DNA of 64,000 nucleotides from Schizosaccharomyces osmophilus (Eukaryota): positions 5,208,001 to 5,272,000 of the forward strand of contig NC_079238.1 of assembly GCF_027921745.1 (NCBI RefSeq), read 5' to 3'. The position numbers were made by a program, and so were the translations under genes. Positions 49,986 to 61,265 of this stretch are shown here, piece by piece; the first letter of the stretch is position 1, and each line of letters begins with the position of its first letter. The notes beneath the pieces are model-generated. The model saw only the letters and a program-made list of their open reading frames with translations. It did not search any database and was not told the origin of the DNA.

Positions 49986-52266
49986 TTTGGAAATGAGGGC
50001 CAGACTTCAATCAAACCAGAAGGAGGGAACGTAAATCGTTTATACGTAAGAAAGAATGGAAAGAAAGTAAAATACAGCAGAAATTTGAGTCTGAACGCGT
50101 AAACCCTTTGTAAATGCTGAAAGGTAGGTCTGGAGATACACACGGTGTCGGAGCATGGATGGAAGGCTGTTTGTAATATCGTATTACAGAGTCGATTTCC
50201 AAGGCATGTACAAAACAAGAGAAAAAGGGCAAAGGAAGGAAAAGAAGAGCCGGGAACTTTCAGAGAAGTATTTTGAAAGGGTTCTGTTAAATACAATCGT
50301 AAATTCGAGAGCAATAGGAATCGACCGCTTTGCATAAAAACATCCAAGGAAAATACAAGGAATTGAGTATAGGTTCGAGTTGTTTTTTCGGTGGAGTGCA
50401 TTTCTTTTTGAGAAATTACAATCTTTATTCAACAGCACTGACATTCTATTCTCGAAAAAGTTTTGAGAATCCCTAAGGAGTAGAATCAGACTTTGCTAAT
50501 TGGGTACTTGAAAGAAAGCATAGAAATTTCAGTTTTTCGTTTCCGTTTTATATGTGAAAAATAAAAAAACTATATTGATTTCAATCGTAGAAAGATTCAT
50601 CAGTAATCACTCAATTTTCTCTTTCTCCTACTTTTACGACCAGATAGATCACTTGAATCTCTCTCTTCGAAACACGAAAAGGAACCCTAGAAACCCAGAT
50701 GCAACCTAGCACCACCGTCCTTGTTAATCCACAAATGTTTCAGGTTACAACAAAATAACTACCAAATGGCTATGCTACTACACTCTATATTGAAATCGTT
50801 TGTTTTTCTTGTTCTTCCAGAATTGCATCGTTTGCGACGTCCTAAAGTTTAGTTTATCTAGGCGAATATTCCTCTCGTTGATCCTAAGCTATCTTATCTT
50901 ATCGTATCTTATCTACTAGAGCATTCAATCTCTTCGATTATGATTAGAAAAGTTAGTCATAGCTAAGCCACGATTATTCTCAGATGACGCTACCCTTGTG
51001 CATAGGAAAGACGCGGCTTTCGTGTATGAATTAGTAAAAGAAGTGGCATTTACCATCGAAAAAAGTGCGATATTTGAAGCCATATGTAATGAACTATTTA
51101 CGTAAATAATCAATTTGTTTACTGATGTTATTATGGACGAACGGATCACCCAAATTCCGACTTAATTGCTGGGAAGGAGAGAAAATATGAAACCGAGTCG
51201 CATTTACAGAACTTTTTTCATAGATAACTATTTTATTTACTTAGAAAAATACATTTTAATAAATTCAAGTCGTTTCGATAAGAATTGAAGGAGCGGCGTT
51301 TATACATGCTGTTCTGATAAACCTTCATTCAGCCACGATCAATGTACCATAGTGCAGACTGAAACCTGCCAACTACCTATATCAAAACAGCCCACGTTAC
51401 CACAACTTTCAGAAAGTAGAGACGTGTTTGAAGCAGAAATTCAGTGCTGTAGCGATTGAATTTTCTTGAAATTCTCAAATCTCGTCGTTGCCCTCTTTCT
51501 TGAAAGGCTCGGCTTTTTTTTATTTCTCTTCCATTAGGTTGTCATTTCTTTGGTAACTATTGAAAACACGTTCAGCTTGATTCTTTGTCTTGAAGAACTC
51601 AAGCTTTTTCTTACATAAACGCGGGTTTTTCATTCCTTTTGTACGTTTGTAAGGAATTCGAAAAAGTACTATTACTCCTTACCTGGTCTATTTTATTTAG
51701 GTGAGAATCAAAAGAAAGATTTGGTAACTCATGTTATTTTTGCTTTCAATTCTTTACGTGCTTTTTTAAACATATTTCAAGGGTTTTATTTCATTATATT
51801 TTTCTTTTTTTATTTTTTCTTTTCTAGCAACTACAATTTTATAAGGAATTGTTCTCGTCTGTCTCGTTCGAGCAGAAACTTATCTACGATTTTATTTATT
51901 TCAAAATTCTTATTTCAACTCTTGTAATACGTGACTCGGCTGACTGGTCTTTGGCTCTCTTTCGTCACATCCTTTTTTGACTTACTTCAGGAATAAAAAA
52001 AATTGTCGGAAGCTGTGAAATCAGGTTTTTCTAATACAAGTCTTTTATTTTCCTAAAAACAAAACTTTGCTTAAATCGGTTTCTCTCTTAATAATTGATG
52101 CTTGTTTAGGATTGCAAAAACTAGAAGCTTCCCATATTTTTTGATCGTTTCGGATTTATTTTTTCCTTTGTTTTATTTTTTTGTACCCATATTGGTTTCC
52201 CTTTCCTCTTATTTGAACTGCTCATCTTATTGGGTTCTTAATTTTTGTGTTTTCTAATTCTCTCTC

Positions 52267-55200
52267 ATGGCTTCTCCTGATCAACCGAATCAGCACCCTG
52301 ACGAGGGTTCAGATCATAATGCTGACGTTTCGTCCCAGGCACAGCAATACCTCCAAATTCCTCCTTCAAAACCGAAACGCGGGAACAGCTCGAAAAGCAA
52401 TAACACAGCTACCTCTCGCGTTCCTAGTTCTTCGGATACCGCCAGACCCTCTTCCAGCCGTGATGATTCTAGTATGTATGAAAGTTCTGATGATGATAAA
52501 AAAGATGACCCTCCGCCAGATTACACTAGCAATCCCTCCGTCCGTTCCCAGAATAATCCGTCCGACGATGAACATTCTTCTAGTACTTCCGAGGTCTCCA
52601 TGAGTCAGTTGTTACATAGTGAGTATGAAGAAGCTCCATTTGCTTTTCCTATACCTTTGTTACAAAAATTCGTAGATCCAAAAAGCACAGCCCCTTTGCA
52701 TGCTGTTCACGGTCTTCCTGGTTTGTTTAAGGGGTTTCGAGTTGATCCTCACAATGGTGTATCTACTTCTGAAATACACTATTCCGATAAGCTTTCCATG
52801 CGAGATGTCTTGGATGATAATTTGGATCCTATGATGGATCTCCACCTCGAAAATACAAGCTCTGCCGAAAACCATGAATCCTCTGAATTGCCAGATAACT
52901 GTGATCGTATTCAATACTATGGTGCTAATAAATTACCAGAACAGGGTTCTAAAGGATTAATTCGCTTAATGTTGGAAGCCTTCAAAGATAAAGTCTTAAT
53001 TTTACTTTCTATTGCCGCCGTCATCTCGTTAGCTCTTGGCTTATATCAGACATTTGGTCAACCCCCGAGCGTCGATCCTATCACCGGAAAGCCAGAACCA
53101 CGAGTCGAATGGGTTGAAGGTGTAGCGATTATAGTTGCTATTCTTATTGTTGTTACTGTTGGTGGTGTCAATGATTGGCAAAAAGAATTGCAATTTAAGA
53201 AACTCAATGCAAAAGTAGCGAACTTTGATGTTCAGGTACTAAGAGATGGTTCTGTTCAATCAATATCTGTCTTCAAAGTATTAGCCGGAGATATTCTTTT
53301 TGTTGAAGCGGGTAATGTGGTTCCTGTTGATGGCGTATTAATTGAGTCGAACAATTTGGTTCTTGATGAATCTGCTATGACGGGTGAAACAGACGCTACA
53401 AAAAAGGTAGATGCAAATGTGGCTTTATCCCGAACAAACCCTGATACTGATTATGATAAAAAAGCAGACCCGTATCTTATTTCAGGAACTACAGTCTTGG
53501 AAGGAAACGGCAAACTGTTCGTTACTACTGTCGGTGTCAATTCTTTTAATGGCCGTACCAGTATGGCTATGCGTACGGAGGGACAGGTGACACCTTTACA
53601 GCTTCGCCTTTCCCGAGTTGCTGATGCAATTGCCAAACTTGGCGGTGCTGCTTCTCTCTTGTTGTTTGTGATTCTTCTGATTGAATTTTTGGCTCATATT
53701 AAGCAAAATTCGAACTCATCGAAAACTAAAGGACAAGAATTTTTGCAGATACTTATTGTTTCAGTTACCCTTTTGGTTGTTGCTGTACCAGAAGGTCTTC
53801 CTTTGGCTGTCACCCTTGCATTGGCATTCGCAACTAATCGTATGCAGCGTGATAACAACTTGGTGCGTCATTTACAGGCCTGTGAAACAATGGGAACGGC
53901 TACTAATATTTGCTCCGACAAAACCGGAACACTGACTCAAAATCGAATGACAGTGGTTGCTGGTGGTTATGGTACGGATCTAGTATTCTTCAACTCAAAC
54001 GAAGCAATACCATCTGGCATGGACAACAATTCTGATAAATCCAAATTTGAAGAGGCTGAATCTAGTGCACATGCTATTAAAGGACTTTCTTCAGAATTGA
54101 AAGAGGTCATGTTGTATAGTATTGCTATCAACTCCACTTGCCGACAAATACTTGATCACGATTCGGAAAAGCCTGAATTTATTGGGTCGAAAACAGAAAC
54201 AGCGCTATTGGATATGGCGGTAAATGATTTTGAGCTTAAGGATGTTGATAAAATGCGCAATAGAACTGAAATCGTTCAGTTTTTTTCATTTTCTTCAGAT
54301 CGAAAGGCTTCTGGTGTTATTTATAAGCACGAGGATGAATATTATTTTGTCGTCAAAGGTATGCCTGAAAAAGTATTACAGCAGTCCTCAAAGGTGATTA
54401 GCGGAACTTCGCTTGACGAGGTTCAAGAATTGGAGCCTAAAAGAGACTATTTTAATCAAATGATTACAGGGTATGCTAAAAGATCGCTGCGTACTTTGGG
54501 TTTTTGTTATCGTAAATTCTCTTCTTGGCCTCCTGAAGGAATAAAAATGATGAACGAAGACAACCATAATCCATTTAATTGGGACGATGTTTTTCAAGAC
54601 ATGACTTTCTTGTCGTTCTTTGGTATCATGGATCCCCTCCGTCCTGATATTCCCGTCGCTGTCAAAGTATGCCAAGGTGCTGGTGTAGTGATTCGAATGG
54701 TTACCGGTGACAATATTGTCACGGCAAAATCCATTGCTAGTCAATGTGGTATCATTACTGAAGATGGTATCACAATGGAAGGTCCTGAATTCAGATCTCT
54801 TTCAGAAGAACGCCGATTAGAGATATTACCTAAATTGGATGTTCTAGCTCGTTCGTCTCCTCTCGATAAACAGCTACTTATTGAAGGTCTTCAAAAACTA
54901 GGCAACGTTGTGGCAGTAACTGGTGATGGTACAAATGATGCACCAGCCTTAAAGAAGGCAAATGTTGGATTTTCGATGGGCCGATCTGGGACTGAGGTAG
55001 CCAAGGAAGCTTCTGATATTATTTTGATGGACGATAACTTTTCGTCCATTGTTAAAGCCATTGCATGGGGTCGTACTGTAAACGATGCGGTTAAAAAGTT
55101 CTTGCAGTTCCAAATCACGGTGAATATCACTGCGGTTTTTCTTACTATTATATCTGCTGTTGCTGCTTCGGATCAGACTTCCGTGCTTACTGCTGTTCAG

Positions 55201-56151
55201 CTTTTATGGGTTAATTTAATTATGGATACCTTGGCGGCTTTAGCACTAGCCACTGATCCTCCAATGCCAGAGGTTTTGAATAGATCACCTGAAGACCCCA
55301 AAGCATCTCTGTTTAGTTTTAATATGTGGAAAATGATTATTGGTCAATCGATATACCAACTGGCAGTTACTTTGGTGTTGCACTTTGCTGGTAACCAATT
55401 ATTCCACTACTCCGATCGAAGTAATGATATGAAAACAATCGTGTTTAATACCTTCGTATGGCTTCAACTATTTAATGAATTGAACAACAGAAGACTTGAT
55501 AACAAGCTCAACATATTTGAACGAATTACCCATAACTATCTTTTCGTTGGCATCTTTTTGGTTGTTGCAGGCATTCAGGTAGTTATCATTTTTTTCGGAG
55601 GAGCTGCTTTTTCTGTCACGAGAATTGATGGTAAAGGTTGGGCGATTTCTATTATTTTTGGCGTTATCGCTATTCCGCTTGGTGCTTTAATTCGATGCAT
55701 ACCGAATGCCTTTTTAAGGAAAGTACTTCCTCTTAAGTTAATTGAAAAAGTGCTCTCTTGGGTCATGCATCCAAGATTTCGTGCAAGGGGTACTCATGAT
55801 AATGATGATTTGGAAACGAACAGGCTTATTCCATTTGAGCCATCTTCACCGAATGAAGTCATTGATTCAATTCGAGATTCTCTTTCTTTCGTGCAAAAAA
55901 TTCGTGGGGGCCGTATAAGGAATTTGCTGGGCTCTAAGTTTGACAAGCAAATGAATGCCCTTCCAGAAAGAGTTCGTCCACGGGTGAAGAGAAGATTTTT
56001 AGAAATGCGTAGTCCGTCTGCGGCTTCCAATACGAGCGTTGCTCTCATGGTTCCGATTTCGACATTGTTCAGCGAAGCCAGTGGTAGGCTGGGTGGTCAG
56101 GATATTTGGACTAACAATGAACAGCAGAATTATGGCAAAACAGCAAAATAA
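52267..56151 (+). CDS. pmc1: Vacuolar PMCA-type Ca2+ P-type ATPase
   Basis: TGE, VAVPEGLPLAVT, CSDKTGTLT, MVTGDN, GDGTNDAPAL and WVNLIMD motifs. Confidence 0.95.
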   Translation: MASPDQPNQHPDEGSDHNADVSSQAQQYLQIPPSKPKRGNSSKSNNTATSRVPSSSDTARPSSSRDDSSMYESSDDDKKDDPPPDYTSNPSVRSQNNPSDDEHSSSTSEVSMSQLLHSEYEEAPFAFPIPLLQKFVDPKSTAPLHAVHGLPGLFKGFRVDPHNGVSTSEIHYSDKLSMRDVLDDNLDPMMDLHLENTSSAENHESSELPDNCDRIQYYGANKLPEQGSKGLIRLMLEAFKDKVLILLSIAAVISLALGLYQTFGQPPSVDPITGKPEPRVEWVEGVAIIVAILIVVTVGGVNDWQKELQFKKLNAKVANFDVQVLRDGSVQSISVFKVLAGDILFVEAGNVVPVDGVLIESNNLVLDESAMTGETDATKKVDANVALSRTNPDTDYDKKADPYLISGTTVLEGNGKLFVTTVGVNSFNGRTSMAMRTEGQVTPLQLRLSRVADAIAKLGGAASLLLFVILLIEFLAHIKQNSNSSKTKGQEFLQILIVSVTLLVVAVPEGLPLAVTLALAFATNRMQRDNNLVRHLQACETMGTATNICSDKTGTLTQNRMTVVAGGYGTDLVFFNSNEAIPSGMDNNSDKSKFEEAESSAHAIKGLSSELKEVMLYSIAINSTCRQILDHDSEKPEFIGSKTETALLDMAVNDFELKDVDKMRNRTEIVQFFSFSSDRKASGVIYKHEDEYYFVVKGMPEKVLQQSSKVISGTSLDEVQELEPKRDYFNQMITGYAKRSLRTLGFCYRKFSSWPPEGIKMMNEDNHNPFNWDDVFQDMTFLSFFGIMDPLRPDIPVAVKVCQGAGVVIRMVTGDNIVTAKSIASQCGIITEDGITMEGPEFRSLSEERRLEILPKLDVLARSSPLDKQLLIEGLQKLGNVVAVTGDGTNDAPALKKANVGFSMGRSGTEVAKEASDIILMDDNFSSIVKAIAWGRTVNDAVKKFLQFQITVNITAVFLTIISAVAASDQTSVLTAVQLLWVNLIMDTLAALALATDPPMPEVLNRSPEDPKASLFSFNMWKMIIGQSIYQLAVTLVLHFAGNQLFHYSDRSNDMKTIVFNTFVWLQLFNELNNRRLDNKLNIFERITHNYLFVGIFLVVAGIQVVIIFFGGAAFSVTRIDGKGWAISIIFGVIAIPLGALIRCIPNAFLRKVLPLKLIEKVLSWVMHPRFRARGTHDNDDLETNRLIPFEPSSPNEVIDSIRDSLSFVQKIRGGRIRNLLGSKFDKQMNALPERVRPRVKRRFLEMRSPSAASNTSVALMVPISTLFSEASGRLGGQDIWTNNEQQNYGKTAK

Positions 56152-56789
56152 ATAAAAATTGTTTCAAGAGGTTCCCTGCTACCTTTTTATCACTTGTCTT
56201 TTTTTTTTTGGTTTCTTTTCTTACTAAGAGAAACTTTATTAATGTTATATGCCGAGCTTTTTTAATTATTAATAGTTGCCTTGAGCGACATTTCTCTTTT
56301 ACTTGATTGTTTAGTTTGTTCTGATAAGAAAAAATTAATTAAGTACCCTAAATAAAAGTTCTAAATTTATTTACATTGCCTATTTTCTATGTATGGTATC
56401 GTAAGAATTGATTATAAACCTGATTTAAATGAATACAAATAATTAGCATAATATTTTGGAGTTGAACATTCAACGGGTATTCCTATTGCCTGAAGAAAAA
56501 ATGCGTAGGATATCAGAGATGTAGTATAGAAATAAATATAATCTTTGTAAAGGAAAGTATACTCGAATAACCAAAGTTGGTTGTAAAAGAACACTCTGGA
56601 AGGAATCAAGGAAGATAATAGCGGCGCTTCATAGTAGCTTTTTTGGTTTTTTGGTTTTTTTTTCCTAGAGTTATAACAGTTTTGGAGTTTTCAGTCATCG
56701 TTTGAAACTGTGATAAAAAATGAAAGCAATGAAGAGTAAAGTTAGACTGAAGGTAATAAGGTATATAGATGTTGAAAATACTACAACTG

Positions 56790-58034
56790 TTAATGACCGT
56801 CACTGTTGATAGAAGAGGAAGGGTCAGATTGAATCTCATCATCGGCATTATGAGTAACAGAAAATCTTTGTCGAACAAGCTGATGCACAAAAACGCTTGC
56901 CTTGAGATTCTTTTTAGAAGCATATTTTTGAAAAAATGCTTTGTGTTCGACGGGTTTGTTGTGATATTGAAGGAGAATGAAAGCAACGGGTTTTAATGTA
57001 TGTTCTTCATAGCCACCAGAAGCTTTAACAAGTTCGGCGCTCCATGGACCACGACGAAGAAGCCTACGAGCAAGATACATGGATGAAGCTGCAATCATGG
57101 AGGGACGGTATTGGAGTAGGCGATGTTCAAAAAGATAAATCTCAGTCAAGTATTTGCCAAGTGTACGTGTTTGAACATCGTAATTCTCAGACTTTGAAAT
57201 TCGTCGGATAAAGTTCAAAGGACTAGGGAAACCAAGGTCATAATCAAGGACACGAAGGATATATCTTTCAGCAGTACAGACGTCTTCAGCAGTGAAAGCA
57301 CCATCAGTCATGTATACAAAGTTTTGAATAGAAGGGCACATAACTTCCTCATACTTACTGGCTATTAAAAGAGCACTGATACCGATTAATTGGAATTTAG
57401 TTAAAGAGCAAGCACGCAAAGATAGAAATCGATCGACAATATTGACAGCCAAGAAGAGGGTTTCAGGCATCAAACAAAAGTTTGTGTGGATTTCCACAAG
57501 CCATTCGTTTAAGATCTCTCTCATTTTCCATGTTAGCTCTTGTTGTTTGTCCATATATGCCGCACTGGGAAGACACTTGCTTTCCAAACTTTCCATGTAA
57601 GAAAAGATTTCTGGCTCATATTCTTCAACCATTAAAGGATTGGAAGGCGTGAAATCAGTGTTAGTGGAAACAACCTTCTGGGATCCCTTTTCTAATGTTG
57701 AAACGGCATTATCAGAAGACTTGTTACGCTTCTTGGTTTGAATATGTTCAAGCTCTTCCTCGGTGGAAGGAACAACCTCAAGAGACTGTTTTTGAGATTC
57801 CTGAAGGGAACGCTTTTTGGTAGAGGGTTCTGATTCTGAAGGATTTTTCAAATTGGAAACATCAGCAAGGGCATTACGACGTGGAAGCCGAATCTCAAAT
57901 TTTGGCTGAGGCTTGGTGCCAAGAACATTTTTTGTGTCTGTTTTTGTTTTGTCATGGTCCCAAGCGGGAGCATTCTCGTCATGGTATTGGGAAACAGCCT
58001 TTGTAGAAAGGTTATTGTGGCCGGCAAAAGACAT
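56790..58034 (-). CDS. cig2: G1/S B-type cyclin Cig2
   Basis: Destruction box RNALADVSN and cyclin box MREILNEWLVEIH...ASKYEE. The MCB-rich upstream region and recalled synteny favour cig2. Confidence 0.88.
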   Translation of the reverse strand: MSFAGHNNLSTKAVSQYHDENAPAWDHDKTKTDTKNVLGTKPQPKFEIRLPRRNALADVSNLKNPSESEPSTKKRSLQESQKQSLEVVPSTEEELEHIQTKKRNKSSDNAVSTLEKGSQKVVSTNTDFTPSNPLMVEEYEPEIFSYMESLESKCLPSAAYMDKQQELTWKMREILNEWLVEIHTNFCLMPETLFLAVNIVDRFLSLRACSLTKFQLIGISALLIASKYEEVMCPSIQNFVYMTDGAFTAEDVCTAERYILRVLDYDLGFPSPLNFIRRISKSENYDVQTRTLGKYLTEIYLFEHRLLQYRPSMIAASSMYLARRLLRRGPWSAELVKASGGYEEHTLKPVAFILLQYHNKPVEHKAFFQKYASKKNLKASVFVHQLVRQRFSVTHNADDEIQSDPSSSINSDGH

Positions 58035-59301
58035 TGTATATATAATAAAGAAATGTGTAAAAGCGGAAGAAGTTTGAGATTAAGTTAGATTGCTAGATGG
58101 GAAGAAGCAGGAAACAGAAGAAAAGGAGGGACGTAACGTAAGAAAGAAACGTCAAAAAAGGAAAACGAAAATAGAAAGCAATTATTTTTGAGTAAGTGAG
58201 TATTGGGAGAGGGAAGAAAAGCCCAGAGGTGGTTGGAGGATGAGAAAACAGAGAAGTATGTCGCAAATAAACAAATCGAAAAATGTAAACAAACCTGAAA
58301 AGAGGAAGAAACGCCGAACCCAAAGAAAATATAAATAAAGTCTCTTTTTCTTTCAAAGAGAAATAAAAACAAAATAAAATAAAATAAAATGCTTACCAAG
58401 AGTCAAAAAGCTTCACGTTTGACAGAACGTCGCTAAATCTAGACAAGAAAGTCGTAAACAACAAAATAAGAAAGATAAAAAGATAAAAAAGAAAAAACAA
58501 ACAATTACAAAGAGCTTTAGAGGGGGGAAAGAAAGGATGTCGAGGGTATGCGAAATGTTTCGAAAATGGAATGACTTGGACGTCTTTCACAAAGAAACAA
58601 CACTCGAAAATTAATGTCAGAGGAGCAATTGCACGCTATGAATCAATTGCCAGTAATAAACACATGTATTGTGAGCTCAAAATTAACTGAAAAAAAAAAC
58701 GGATCCAAAGTCAAGGATGAGAGAATCAATCCGTTTGGGCGTCAACGTTTGAAGAACTATAATAGAAAAGAATTGAAAATCAGGATTATTGGACGGATCG
58801 AATTACAGGAGAGTGAGAAGTGGCTTTACAATCCTTTTTGTGGGTAGAAGGCACCAACTACGTTTGTCCTTAAATAAAAAAGAGAAAACAAAGAATCTTA
58901 AAAGAAATAATCAAAGAATACTTAGTATGAAAGAAAAGATTCACCTTTACAAAGAAAGAAAGAAAAAGGGAACAGAGCAGAATGTCTAAATCAAGGAAGA
59001 AGGGGAATCTCAGCAGAGGGAAGCCAAAGCAGAAAGAAGAGAGACGATAAAAATCAAATAGCAAAAATGTGCTTGAGCTTAGGCTTGAGTTGTCGATATC
59101 GGTCAGTTTTCAAAGACAAAATTTTGCTTCGCGAAAAAGGGTAAAAGCGTCGTGTGTGTTTGTGAAGGCACGGCTTATGAAAGGAAACAAAGGCACAAAT
59201 GATCCGGAAAAGGGCAGGGTCTTTCCACGTCTATGATGACTCAAGACGTACCAACCTGTAAAGGAGTAAGAAAATTCTCTTGGAAGCATATAAAGGATTG
59301 A

Positions 59302-59482
59302 ACGCGACGCGACGCGACGACGCGTATGCGTGGACGTGGATGATGAAAGGGAACGTGAAGTGTAAGTGTTCATGGTCTTTTGGTGTTGTGGTTACTTGAA
59401 TTGCCCAATCATTGTCGAGATAATTATCTACGACGAATCAGATCGCGTATAGATGGAGACGCGCAAAGAAAGCGCGACGCGT
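59302..59482 (-). promoter_or_regulatory. MCB (MBF/Cdc10) element cluster upstream of cig2
   Basis: ACGCGACGCGACGCGACGACGCGT (59302-59325), TCGCGT, ACGCGC and CGCGACGCGT (59473-59482). cig2 is a known MBF target. Confidence 0.85.
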
Positions 59483-59931
59483 AGCATTAACAAAAACAAA
59501 GCAAAATAACAGTTAAAAAAACAAAAAAACAAAGAAACAACATGTTTCAATGGGAAAGAATTCACTCTGGATGCAGACAATGCGATTGCAGATGACTTGG
59601 AATCGTCTTTCCTACATTATATACCTACAAAGCTAAGAGGAATCAATAAAGCTACATTTGATTTGGAGAGAGATCGATTTCTTGCATAAAACCCAATTCA
59701 TTATACATTTATTTCATGAAGCATACTTTTAATTCCCTGCTAGATTTGCTAGCGACATCTTGCGATGCTCAATTCCATATTGAACCATATAACGAAGATC
59801 TTTCAGCAAATTAAAGCAGCAAGCTCGTACAAAAAACAAGACAGACAAAAAAAAAACAAAACATGAAAAACTTTAGGGATCTTGTCGGGAGTGTTCATTA
59901 TTTTCGCCATCATTTAAGACTTTTTTTTTGC

Positions 59932-60471
59932 TTAATTGGCGCCAGCGGTTTCGCCTTCAGGCTTGGTAGGCGCTAAAGCTTTGATCTCCCCTAAAATTTT
60001 GTGAAGTTCCCCACTACATCCTTGTTAGTAAGAGCATTCTAAAAAGAAGAGTAAAACTTTCGAACGGGCACAATGACTGATAAACCATGCTTTCCCGTCC
60101 GCCACACATCCCGGTGACAATGATTTGAATACTTACGACTTGTGCATAGACATGAGAATGTCACAACCGCCAACAAACTCGCCATTTATATAAAGCTGTG
60201 GAACTGTGGGCCAGTCACTAAATTCCTTGATTCCATCGCGCAATTCTTCATTGCTGAGCACATTATAGGTGGCCAATTTGTCGGTAGCGACGTTTTCCAT
60301 TGACAAGACTTGGATGGCGCGCAAAGAGAATCCACACATAGGTTGGTTAGGAGTTCCCTTCATGAATAAAACGACGGGATCCTCTTTAACGGCTAGCTCA
60401 AGAGCTTGACGTGTTTGAGTAGAGAGGCTTCTTATTTGGTTTCCGAAAAGCTTGAAAGAATTGCGAAACAT
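59932..60471 (-). CDS. grx5: Mitochondrial monothiol glutaredoxin, 2 exons
   Basis: MFRNSFKLF presequence; LFMKG, CGFS, WPTVPQL and GGCD motifs; exon 2 reads GELHKIL. Confidence 0.93.
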
Positions 60472-61265
60472 GTTGACCGATTCCAGGTGTTTGTTCTGGT
60501 TAAATTCTAATATAACCATACAGATTGTCTACATTTCTAGAGATAGCGACCTCTTACAATGCGGTATAACGAGTTTTGATAGAAAGTTGAATTGCGTTAT
60601 ACTTGATAACGTTCAAACTAATACGTTAATAAACAATGGTTAAAAATATAAAATAAACAAAGCAAATAAAAACAAAGAAAAAATGATGATTTTAATAACT
60701 TGTAAAGAAAATAAAAAGAAGAAATGAAAATGAAAGCAATTATGCAACTGAACCAATCATCTAAATTTCCTATGGTAAGCATGGCATGCCTTTTCCTTGT
60801 ATCGTAATGCGGTCTGCTCTATGGTGAATTCAAATTGTGTATTTGTTTCAAGAAAAAAGTTAAATGAGAAAAACACTTTCGTTCCTTTGCTCTTACTAAA
60901 AGAATCGAGTTTTAAAGATATTCATAGAATATCATCGTAAAGGAAAGTATATTTTCTTAGCATCTCTGAATGTGGGTTCTTTTTTTTTTTTTTACCCATA
61001 GTCAAGAGGGAAACAAGACAGCACTTTTAATATTACGAAAAATCTTTTTTTTTTCTTTTTATAACTCTTTTAACCCGACTCCTCTATATCCAACTCTACA
61101 ACACTTGCTTTTCTGGGTTTGACATACCAAGGAACGACCAAGTAACACTGAAGGTTGCTCCCAATAACTCCTACCACAGTGCCCTTTACGTGTATTCATC
61201 AACAAAGGACGAAATCAACAGAAAATTCATCCATTGAAAACAAAAATCTTTGGAGAATCGAAACG

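Noticed and set aside
49898..50401. 167-aa minus-strand ORF overlapping the vma5 start
   Set aside because: Different frame from vma5, composition typical of a T-rich 5' UTR, and no domain.
59528..60680. Two AACAAAGAAA matches (Ste11 TR box) at 59528 and 60671
   Set aside because: Both sit inside A-rich low-complexity tracts where such matches arise by chance.
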